Positions 1-10,480 of a DNA stretch of 64,000 nucleotides are shown here, piece after piece. Under the pieces are notes generated by a model. The model did not search any database. It saw only the letters and a list, made by a program, of their open reading frames with translations, and was not told where the DNA came from. This DNA comes from Lama guanicoe (Eukaryota). Location of the stretch: contig MU054391.1 of NCBI GenBank assembly GCA_013239625.1, positions 9,457,095 through 9,521,094 of the forward strand, read 5' to 3'. A program made the translations under genes and the position numbers. Position 1 is the stretch's first letter, and every line of letters starts with the position of its first letter.

Positions 1-469
1 CTCTCCTGCCAGCACCATCTGGTTCCCTGGCCCAGAGGCTCTACCTCACTTTTTGCCTCTGAAATGGCTTAATTCTAGAAAAGTAGAACTTACCCGTAAA
101 ATCCTATTGGCTCCCTGAGCTCACTCCTGATTGGTCCATTTGTAGTACTTCATTTGCATGGAGCTCACTCCTGATTGGTTATTTCTCTCACTCCTGATTG
201 GTCCATTTCTACAAAGCTTGTTCCTAATTAGTCAACTTCTGTTATACCTTATTTGCATATGATGTTACAAAGTGCAAACTAGCAGCCTATAAAAGCCTGT
301 GTAAACCTAAAGACGGGGTCCAGAGCTTGGAGTATTAACCCCCCTGGCCTGCTGGTGTAATAAACCTGAGTTCCCCAACTCTCCGAGTGCTGCTTGGTCT
401 CTCGCCGGGCTCCAGGTTGCTGTCACACCTGAGCTGTAACACTGAGCTGTAACATGTCTTTCTGCAACA
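1..469 (+). mobile_element. ERV LTR (3' portion; start lies left of the window)
   Basis: Repeated ctcactcctgattgg motifs, TATAAAA at 288-294, AATAAA at 359-364 and terminal ...tctgcaaCA at 469, in U3-R-U5 order. Confidence 0.75.
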
Positions 470-607
470 TGAGAAGCGGACAGGCTAAGGGCAGGGGGTT
501 AGGTCCACAGAGAGGAGGAAGCCCCCTTTCCCTCTGCCCTGCAGCTGCCACACCCCAGCCTCACTTCCAGCCGGGCTGCCAGTAGGCATGTCCTCTCCTC
601 CAGGAGC

Positions 608-1056
608 TGTAAGGGAGCAGGACCCCATGGGGCCTTCTGGGGGGGGGGGCAGACCCCTCCCCACATCCTCCGCTGTAGCTCCCCTCTGAAATACCCAGAT
701 AATAGTATCTCATGCACATTTCCCGAGTTTTTCAGATGCTAAAAAACTACTAAATAGAAGAATTAAGTACTTGATAATCATGAGCACGTGGCCCCCAGAC
801 TTTCTGGTGCCTAAACATTGATCACCATCAACCAACCAGAAAATTGTGCACAGCTGATCAGATTCTGGGATGCCCCTCCCTCACCTGGCCTTTAAAAAGG
901 CTCAGCTGAAACCCTTCAAGGAGTTCGGGTTTGAGGGGTAAGGAGTTGGGTTATTTGCTTGGCCCAGCAATAAACCTTTCTCTGCTCCAAACACCAACAT
1001 TTCAGTATTTTTTGGCCTCCCTGTGTGTCAGGCATATGACCTTGAGTTTGGTAACA
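608..1056 (+). mobile_element. Solo ERV1-type LTR
   Basis: Begins TGtaagg and ends ggtaaCA. TATA-like ctttaaaaa at ~890, AATAAA at 969-974 followed by cctttctctgctccaaa. Imperfect 4-bp TSD gagc/gagt. Confidence 0.75.
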
Positions 1057-1126
1057 GAGTGACCCCATACCCTCCCACAGACATGAATCCCAACAAGACG
1101 GTCACATCAAAACACAGTGGACAGAC

Positions 1127-1343
1127 CAGGGGATGGCAAAGTGTCTTTGGAAAGGGCTAGATGGTCAATATTTTTGGCTTTGTACACCATTTGGTCTTGG
1201 TGCAACCAGTCAAGTGTCTGTAGCATGAGTGCAACCACAGACAGTCAGTAAAGAAATCAGTGTGGCTGTGCTTCAATAAAGCTGTTCAAAAAAAAAAAAA
1301 AGAGGTGCTGAGCCAGATTTGGCCTACAATTTGCCAACCCCTG
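1127..1343. mobile_element. MER58-type hAT-Charlie DNA transposon (MITE)
   Basis: Terminal inverted repeats caggggatggcaaa...tttgccaacccctg, ~217 bp long, with right flank gtctagac matching the Charlie NTCTAGAN target. Confidence 0.85.
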
Positions 1344-4104
1344 GTCTAGACATTCTGCATGTCTCAACGTTAAATAACATCACGTTGAGTGTATCAGTGA
1401 TCTAGTCAAGTTGTTCATGAGACGAAATACACCTGATTGTCTTTCTGTGAAACTCAAGATCTTAGTCCTGATTATCTGCTAAAAACTGCTGTGAATAAAA
1501 ACATTCACCTCCCCCAGGTCAAGCAACCCTTGCACCAAAATCCATCCCACATTGAGCAGAACCAAGAAATATCACAAGATGGGGGAAAATGCACAAGCTT
1601 CTTAGAACGTGACTGGCTCAGCAATATCCTGCAATTTACAATTCCAAGCAGAAAAATTTTTCTAAATTAAACAGCTGTATCCAGGTTGATGGTTCCTCCA
1701 GTGTTCTCCAAGAGCAGTGGAAGGAGGGTCTTAACTTTGTTTACGTAACTAACACGCCTCTCAGGAGATTTCTCTTCAAGATCAAGAGCATCATCTTTGG
1801 CCAGGGAAATTCACTTTTCTACCTCTGAGAGTAGAAATCTGCTCACAGCTATTTATCAAGATTCCAGAATAAGACTTAGGACCCAGGGTCTGCTATCACC
1901 ACAGCCCTCAAAACACAGTAACTGGACATCATAGCATCGTCTGATGAGTGCAAGTACAGGGAAGGGCGAGGCCCTGGGGGCAGAGCATGCGCTAGAGACC
2001 TGACGTGGATTTATGCCTGTAGGTGGCCACACCTGAGCATCCTGGAGGGCGAGAGAAGGGAAGAAAATTTCAGGCAGAGGAAACAGCAGGTGTTGTTCCT
2101 CAACTTGGAGAAAAAGAGCCCAGAGCTTTCCGGACTCTGAAAGAGGTTTATTGAGGAGGAGCTGGGAGAGGAGCCCAAGGATGGTTCTGGAGAGGTAAGG
2201 AGGGTCCAGATGATGGGAACTGGGGAAGGTTGCGTTATGACATTTGGAAGCAGGTCCATGAAGCCTTTTAAGCATAAGGGGGATGTAAACCCAATTGCTT
2301 GTGGCGAGAGTACTAATTAGAGCTCATGGAGCTTTTGGCTTTGCACCAGGACCTGGGTTCTGTGGTTTCCACTCTCCCATTTATCCTGGTGTAACAACAA
2401 AGAGCAAAGGATCTAGAAGCGGACTCCCAGGCCATGCACCTGTGAGTGAACCCCAAGCTCCATGTTCTCCTCTGCGCTCAAACATCAGAACTGAGCCCGC
2501 AGACTTTTTGGGTCTTCAAAACAATATTAAATAAAGAGACCCCAAAACATAAAAAGACAATAACCAATATTCTGGAGATGCTCATTTCATGGCTAATTTC
2601 TTCACACTCAGAATATATCCCTTTTGTGAAATGGGACTCAATCAAATAATAAAGAGAATTTAGAAGCTGCAAAGGAGTAGGCTAATTAAGCCACATTACT
2701 TAGCTCAGTGGGACACAAAGAAATCACTCACAGAATTCACCGTTTCCTTGAAAGAGAAAGAGAAGGCGTCTTTTGTCTTTTCCCGTTTGCCTTCGAGATG
2801 TCAAATTTACTTTTCCACATCTTCATTTTCTGGCTGACTTTCTGTTTGTGCGTGCCCCGGTATGGATTTTGTGAAGAAGGCCAGTGTGAGCCACAAGACG
2901 ACGGGGGGTACTCTGCCTCTGGCGGGAGCCTTCTACCCCAGCCCGACAGTGACCCTAGCTGTGCCTCTCCAGTTCACTTTCTCCTTTGAAATGTCAAGAA
3001 CACAGGCCATCATCATCTTTTTTTTTCTTTTAAGTAAGAAGCTTTTAAAAAACTACCAGAAAGCCAGAGATGGACAGCTGCAATGCAGGGAAAGATAATG
3101 GGGGAATGGGGGAGGAGGAGGAGAGTTAAAAGCATCTGATTTCACGAACAGTCCTAGCCCTTCTGCCCAGACTTTCAGGAAGCTCAGAGCTTCACCTGAT
3201 GGTCAATCCCTGTTTAAGGATGACTTTAAGACAGTAAATGTGATTTGGATGTTAGTTTTTTTACTTTGTGATCTTCTTTTTTTAATAGAGGGGGTGTGTG
3301 TGCATGTGTGCGCTATAAGGAAAACCACCCCAGATCTTGTGTGGAATTAGGCAGGAAGAAGATATTCTAGAAACCAGGAAATCCTGCTGCCTTTAGCCAT
3401 CACTATTTTTCAGCCCCACTCGTACATCGCATATAAGAGAAATCATGTCCTGGTAAACTGAGCAAGGGGCCTCACCTCCCCGAACTGTCCTTCATCTAAG
3501 AATAGAAGGTCTGTGGGGGCCACTGAGGAGAGTGGTGGCATTTTTCCTCCCAGAGAAGCCCTCCCAGAGCAGCCTCCCCTGACATCCACAAGCCGGCTGC
3601 GACTCACATTCTTCCCACAGCCTGGTGAGCTCTCTCTAACTCCCCATGGATCCAGGTGGGTCTGTGGCTGTGGTGGAAGTGATGCAATGTGCCTTCCAAA
3701 GCAAGTCATGAAGGTGGAGTGGCCTCTGCTCAGCCCATCTGGGGACGCTCGCTCTTGCAACGCAGCCACATGGAGAGGACACATGCAGGTGCCCACAGCC
3801 CTTGCCGAGTTCCAGCCAACAGTCAGCCTCAAGCGGGAGACAAATGAGTGATGAGCTTTCAGATAATTGTAGCCTCCAGCTGTCACGTCAGCCCAGGCTT
3901 CCGGGTCTTCCCAGCGGGGGCTGCGTGGAGGAGAAAGAAACAGTTCTCCCCACCAGGACTTTCCGGATTCTGACCCTGAGGATCCGCGGGCATGATACAC
4001 GAGACGAGTGTTTGTCTGCCAGCACGGGGGTAGTTTGCAGTGTAACGGTCGTCACTGGAACACAGTGGAAGGGGAAGGGGACACCGGATTTCCCAGGATT
4101 ACAG

Positions 4105-4245
4105 AGCGTTACCATTTAGTGACCTTACGCAAGTCATTTAACTTCTCTGGGACTCAGGATCCTCATTTGTAAATGGCAATATGTCTCTTACATAATAGAA
4201 ATGTTGGGTTGCATAAAATTTGGTACAGAAGACACTTGATAAATA
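4105..4245 (+). mobile_element. MIR SINE fragment
   Basis: gtgaccttacgcaagtcatttaacttctctgggactcaggatcctcatttgtaaatgg matches the MIR core; boundaries approximate. Confidence 0.7.
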
Positions 4246-4949
4246 CAAGGAAACACTATTCAAATAGGAAGGATTATTATTTCTCAAGTTCGGGAAAGTC
4301 TTCAGCGATCCAGTGACAAGTTCGTCCGGAATCCTACCCGGTCCCAGGTGACGATGCTGGGTGGGGTCTTCGGGGCAGGTGCCTCCGTCCCTTAACTTTA
4401 ACTGTGACCTAAAAGGTCGTCATGGGAATCCAGAGATAAAGTGACAACGTCTATGGAGTGCATTTAATTTTATGGTCCTACTAAATAGGGTTGTTTGGAG
4501 CATTAAATTGTATACATTCATATTAAGATTGAAAATGAACCACTTCTCAGGGAAGCTCTGGAGTTTTAACTCGCAGCCAGGCTGATACCAACCCACATAA
4601 CGCACCGGGGGAGTCTTTTCCAGGAAAAACGTGCAGGATCTGGGATTTAATAAGTGTTTAATACATGTAAACTATTACTTCTGGTGCAGCTTGAAATGGT
4701 TTTTTTTGCACAAAGTGTTTCTTTTGTAGGAAATCTCTCTCTTGGGTTTTTTTCTGGGTGAGCCGGCTCCCTCTCTGTCTCTTCCATCCTCCTCCCCTCT
4801 CCCTTCCCATCCTCTCCCTCTGTACATCTACAAGTTTGAGTTTCGAGTTGGCACAGACCTCTGCTGTGAGCTTTTCTCTCTTTAAACTCAGCACCCGTGA
4901 GTGGACTCTCTTCTCCGAGCTCAGCACTTTCTCCTGCGCTGGTTCACTG

Positions 4950-5110
4950 AATCCTGGTGATGAAGCAGGTAGTGGGCACTGCTCCCATTTTCCAGATGAG
5001 AACAGTGAGGCTTGGGGAGATTCACGTTCTCATCCAGGTTATACCAGCCGAGTGGTAGAACGCGGACGGCAGACTGGGCCTCCAAGTTCTTTCTGCTCCA
5101 CGCCAGCTGG
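4950..5110 (-). mobile_element. MIR SINE fragment
   Basis: cccattttccagatgagaacagtgaggctt is the reverse MIR core; boundaries approximate. Confidence 0.6.
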
Positions 5111-8100
5111 GTAGAGGGCACTATTCCATTCATCTGCTTCTAACTCCATATTCCCAAGGCTTCGGATGATGTCGTTCTGTTTTAAATAATTTCAATTAAC
5201 GCCTCCAACTGCACTGGGGAAGTGTGTTTTCAAGTTGGTTTTATGAAGGCTAGACTCACTTGGATATAGAACCAAGATATTTTGAGTATAACATTAACAA
5301 AGAGTAGATTATCAGCAAAGTCTGTTTTTTTAATAATAGGAGCGATTTGTGTCCTCAGGCCAGGTGGAGAGGCGAGAACTCAAAACCAGTGTCCCCTTTG
5401 TCAGACAGTACCCGCTCCCCAATAGGAAAGCGGAGTGGGTGCTGGAGAGGAGTCCTTCCCGACGTGGCTGTCGGGCACCATGGAAACCCAGACGTCATAA
5501 CATCTGTATGTTTTTTTTTCCTCTTCCTGGAAAGAGAAATAACGAGCTCTTGGAATTCCAATTCCCACTGACTCTGAAGTCATGAACATATTAAAAAACA
5601 GTGTGAGTCTGTGACATTCACAATTACTAAATTCATGTCAGAGGATAAATCCAGAATCACCTCCCACCACTGAATATGGAACAGCCGGGCGTCGCCAGCC
5701 CCGTGGCCGGGCGAGGCACAGCCGTTGCAGCAGTGGCTGACAATGTGTGGAGAAAATGCTGGGAGGCGTGCTCGTTGTGGGTGACCACCCTTAGCCACCC
5801 AGCCTTCAGACACTTGCAAATGCCCTAAAAATCAGGGGGAAATGGAGAGCCAATGGCAGGGAGGAGACAATAAGACAAACCAGGACAAACCAGAGACACA
5901 GCCTTGCCGCTTGTCACCCTCTCCTTGCGCCGGCCCGCTTGGCTCTGCCCGCGGGCACAGCTGTGTGGGCTGCACCCGTCCAGACGCATGTCACATCCTG
6001 GGATGGGCATGTACCTTTCTCAGCCAGGAATGCATCCCCGTTAAAACCAAGTAATGCTCCACAGATGACATCAGGGGGGCTTAGCTGGTACCGCCACAGT
6101 GGGGCGATTTATCCGAGAGCTAAAAATGCTCACCTGCCTTGGCGGGGCTGACAGGCAAGCATTTGAGAGACCACCTTCCATTCTGAAGAGATGCCTGCCA
6201 GCTCTGGGGACGAGCATCCTTCACGTCAATCATCCTGCCAGGCTTGCTAAAAACTCTAAATACAGGCTTATTCGTGCTGCTACATCTCATCTTCGGGGTT
6301 AGGGTTTGGGGGTAGGGGTACTCGTCCCAGGCTGCTGGCTGTAAAAGCTTCCTGTCTCTTTCCTCTCAAACTGCATCTGTCTGTGTCTGAAGAGGATGAG
6401 GAAGGGGGAGCATGGGGAGCATCCGTGGTCTGAAATAAACACTCTCCAGGTTTCTGAAGAGCATCTTGGTTTCACTCTGGGAACCTACAGCCGGTGCACA
6501 GATGAGAACAAAGAAAACGTGGAGCTTTGGAAGAATCACATCTCCATCCTTCTAGTAGGTTTTATGACTAGAGTTTGAGAGGAGGGCGCCCCCAAGATTC
6601 ATCCTGCCACCCTCAACAAGCAGTTTTGGGGCACTAGTTCCAGGAAAGAGACAAGCGGAACTATAGATGATTTTCTGCACTACTTCACTGTCACGACAAA
6701 TGTGTACGTGATGACTTTCTGCTTTCAAAGTGTGTCTTGTCACCCCAAATAGCTTAGAAGCCTGCAGAAGCCCGCTGCTGTGATCTACTTCTTTGTGCCT
6801 CCTAGGGGTTTGGACCACACGCTCAGCATCCTTCTAGAATTCCTTATCTCCTTGAAGGCTCCAATGACCCTCTGAAGTCAGTTCCTACCCTCATTTTTAC
6901 AAACGGGAGATCTGTGGCCTGGGGAGCTCCGGGTTATGTGGTGAATGAGTGTCTGGGGAGCCAGGAGGGCTGGACTTTGACCCTCAGCACAGGCCACGTG
7001 TTCCTTCACGTCACAGGGCAAAAATCATGCAACACTGATTAGCCGAGTGAAGTTTTGATCCCGAGGCTTGCAGGGTTTGGCTGGAGAGTCAATGAACATG
7101 AAAGTCCCAAGCAACTTGAGGGCAAGGGCAAGGCTGGGCACTAAGGTCACGCATGGACACTACCCGCATCCCGGGGCAGGGGCGGCATCCTGCCCTTGGA
7201 GCCACGCGGGCCAGGTCCCATCCCCCCGCAGCCCTCCCCGTGCCAGTGGTGGTCTCCCGCCAGCCGCCCTTGGCCAGATTGTTGTCTCCTCAGAGGCCTA
7301 GCCCCAGGGCCACCCACAGTCGCTCTCCCACACATGTGCACACCCAGTGTCACAAGACAACACACATTATTACATGACCTGCAGTGTGGCCGCGGCCCAG
7401 GAAGCGCCCTCTGTCCCAGCTCCTCATCACCCACGTGCTGGCCGCCTTGGCAAACCGCCCTGGGCCGTGAGCACCAAGGTAATTTCCAGAACCGGCCCCA
7501 GGAAAGCCTGCCACAGACACCGTGTCAAAAATGTCACTCCCCTCCACCCCCGCAAACTCCCAACCTAGTTAACGGACATGTGACATTTGTTTACTAAAGG
7601 AGTCGCTTCCAAGGTTGACTCATTTGATTACTACCGATTCCAATAGGATTCCATTCATAAAACCTGTGCTGAGCACCGTGCTGCGTGAGCCCCCGGGTGG
7701 GTGCCGTGGGGGTACACAGCCAGGTCCCCAAAAGCCCGGCCAGGGCAGAGGCGCATCCCTGCGGCCACACAGCCCCGCGCCGGCTCACCTACTGAAGGCA
7801 GCGGGACGGGACGGGGGGAGGCGGGAAGGGCGGGCTCCGCCATCAGCCAGCTCTGGGTTCAAATCCGATTTCGCCGTAACCGGTCCCCTCTGTTACAACA
7901 CGGGAGGTCGCGTTGCGTAGTGAGATCTGTTTGTAGCACAGCCTCGTGGGGAAGCCGTGGGGCCGGCATTCTCACCACTAAAGAGAAGGCCGCGGCCATG
8001 TATGCCGGCTGCAGACCAAGCCGACAACTTGCAGAAGTGCCTTTCTCCACAGCAAAGCGACCCACCTAGAAGCTACTAGAACCACTAAGCTTTCTGGGGC

Positions 8101-8650
8101 TGAAGCCACCTGGGAGGCTGTGGGTGAGCTAACCCCCTGTATCCAACAGTGGACCAGCGAAGAAGGCTACACCTGGAGCAGATGTTTAATTTGGATTAAA
8201 AATCACCTCCAGAACCTCATCTCAGAGTAGGGTGGACACACCCCAAGTTTCAGGCAGCAGAGAATGGGCTGTGTGTACTGCTGGGTACAGATCCCAGTGA
8301 AGCGGCAGCTAAAGACTCGGCTGGTGCTGTGATTGCTCATTTTTATGGTTCCTTCAGCTTTCCAGCCACGGTAGATTTTGAGTGGTCTGCCTTTAACCTC
8401 ATTTTCCTAAAAGGCCGATCATTTTTATTGTGCAATTTTGGAGAACCCAAGGATTTTTAGGGCCACATCTATGCTGTCATAGCAGAAATGCACAGACATA
8501 CATGTGTATGTGTGTGTGAGTGTGTATGTGAATGTACGTGTGCGTTCATGTCTGGTGTATAGAAGGCGATTTATACGTGGAAGGTTCTGATGAAGTAATT
8601 GCCACCCTGCATCTGGTGTTCTGCTTGAGACTTTTTTTTACAATATCATA

Positions 8651-9060
8651 TTGTTTTTACATTGAAGTATAGTTGATGTACAACATTGTACGTTACAGGC
8701 GTACAATATTATACATTACAGATATACAGTATAATGATTCACAAATTTTTAAAGGTTAAGCTCCATTTATAGTTGTTATAAAATATTGGTTCTACACCCC
8801 ATGCTGTACATTACATCCTTGTAGCTCATTTTATACCTGATAATTTGTACCTCTTAATCCTCCACTTCCATCTTGCCCCTCCCCTCCCTCTCCCCAGTGG
8901 TAACCACGCATTCCTTCTCTACATCTGTCTGTTTCTTTTCTGTTATATTCACTAGTTAGTTGTATTTTTTTAGATTCCACATATAAGTGACGTCTTACAC
9001 TAGTTGTCTTTCTCTGACTTATTTCACTTAGCATAATGCCCTCCAAATCCATCCATACTG
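8651..9060 (-). mobile_element. L1 3' end (ORF2 tail and 3' UTR), laurasiatherian type
   Basis: ttgaagtatagttgatgtacaac...tagattccacatataagtga...ttatttcacttagcataatgccctcc. ORF 8831..9052 (MDLEGIMLSEISQ) matches the L1 ORF2 C-terminal region. Confidence 0.88.
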
Positions 9061-9204
9061 TACGCCAGAAACTAACACATCTTTTTTACTGCACATATTT
9101 TCAATTTACATATATGTACTGTTCATCGTTTCTAAGAACATTTAGAGCTTTAGTTTTTTAAACTTGCGTAGTTATCAAAGGAATAAAGCCAATCACAAAG
9201 TAAG

Positions 9205-9380
9205 AATTAATTTTAACAGATACATACACCCTGCTATTAACAGCAACATGATTTATAATTGCCAAGACATGGAAGCATCCCAGGTGCCCATCAACAGATG
9301 GATAAAGAAGATGCAGCACATAGTACGTAATGGAATACAACTCACCCCTAAGGAAGAAGGATATTTTGCCATTTGCAGCC
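9205..9380 (+). mobile_element. L1 ORF2 3' fragment, opposite orientation to 8651-9060
   Basis: gccaagacatggaagcatcccaggtgcccatcaacagatggataaagaagatg...gccatttgcagc. Confidence 0.8.
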
Positions 9381-9429
9381 TTTCATTCATTTTTTTTTCA
9401 CTTCAAAAACCAGAATTTTATAACTGACA

Positions 9430-9660
9430 TAAACATTTCCATCGCATCAAAAACAACAAAATACCTACAAATAAACAAAACCAAGGAGGCTACCTACCTA
9501 TATTCTTGAGAATCGAAATGACACGAGGAAATGGAAAGATACCTTGTGCTCTTGGATTAGAAGAATCAACACTATCAAAGCGCCCACACTCCCCAAAGCA
9601 ACCCACAGATCCAGCGCGACCCCTGTCAAAATAGACACTCACGACATTCCTCACAGAGTT
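9430..9660 (+). mobile_element. Degenerate L1 ORF2 fragment
   Basis: aaatggaaagataccttgtgctcttggattagaagaatcaac; the translation CSWIRRINTIKAPTLPKA resembles L1 ORF2 CSWIGRINIVKMAILPKA. Confidence 0.75.
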
Positions 9661-9944
9661 GTTCTGGTTGGGACTTGGTGCTGGAAGGACTCAGACCAGC
9701 TGAGGCTGCTGGGAAGAGGCACGCCTGGGGCCAGACACATTCTGCACCAACAGGAGGGTCTGAGTCTGGGGCCGGCCTCAGTCCTGACCCCGGCAGGCCC
9801 GTGGGCCCTGGGTAACCAGCTCCTGCCTTCCTAGCGAGGTTCCAGCTCCGGTCAGGCACCTTTCCGGCTGCTCTCTGAGGTGCGATGAGATTTTACTCTC
9901 AGCCAGTGCGGCTCAAACCCTACCCCCATCTCCCGCCCCACAAC

Positions 9945-10092
9945 CCCACAGCTTCAGTAGCCCCTGGCAACTTTTAGAAATGCAAATCTCATCGTTGACC
10001 TTCTGGATCAGAAATCCCAGGGTGGGGCGGCCATCTGGCTTTTTACCAAGCCCTCCAGGGGATTCTGATGCACCTACAGCTTGAGAACCAAA
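9945..10092. mobile_element. MER5A-type hAT DNA transposon
   Basis: ttagaaatgcaaatctc...ttttaccaagccctccaggggattctgatgcac...ttgagaacca. Confidence 0.75.
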
Positions 10093-10147
10093 GTTCCAAG
10101 CAGAAGCTGAACACCGCCTGTGAGAGTCCTCACACGGGAGACACCTC

Positions 10148-10480
10148 TCATTTATTTATTCAGTCATCTGTTTGCTCATTCAACAAATACTCATTGAGTG
10201 TCTACGATGAATTACTATTTTAGGTTCTGGAATGAAAAAAAAAAGGCAAACATCCCTGCTGTCTGGGATCAGTAGAAAGTAGTGGTTCAGTTCTCAGACT
10301 CAGGACCCAGACAGCCTGGTCTGCATCTCAGCCCCCCGCCCCGACCCCCGAGCTGTGAGGCAAGCTACTTAAATGCCTTGTGCTTCAGTTCCCCATCAGT
10401 GCAGTGGGTAACAATTTCCTAGAGTTGTGGTGAGGTATTTAAAATCCTGCCTAAAACATAGTAAGCACTTAAAACGTTAC
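10148..10480. mobile_element. L2 3' end (minus, ~10148-10265) abutting a MIR (plus, ~10272-10480)
   Basis: tcattcaacaaatactcattgagtgtctac (L2 tail), then caagctacttaaatgccttgtgcttcagttccccatc...acatagtaagcact (MIR). Confidence 0.7.

Noticed and set aside
100..210. Spaced direct repeats (ctcactcctgattgg) superficially like a CRISPR array
   Set aside because: Only three short copies with irregular spacing inside a eukaryotic LTR U3; no cas genes.
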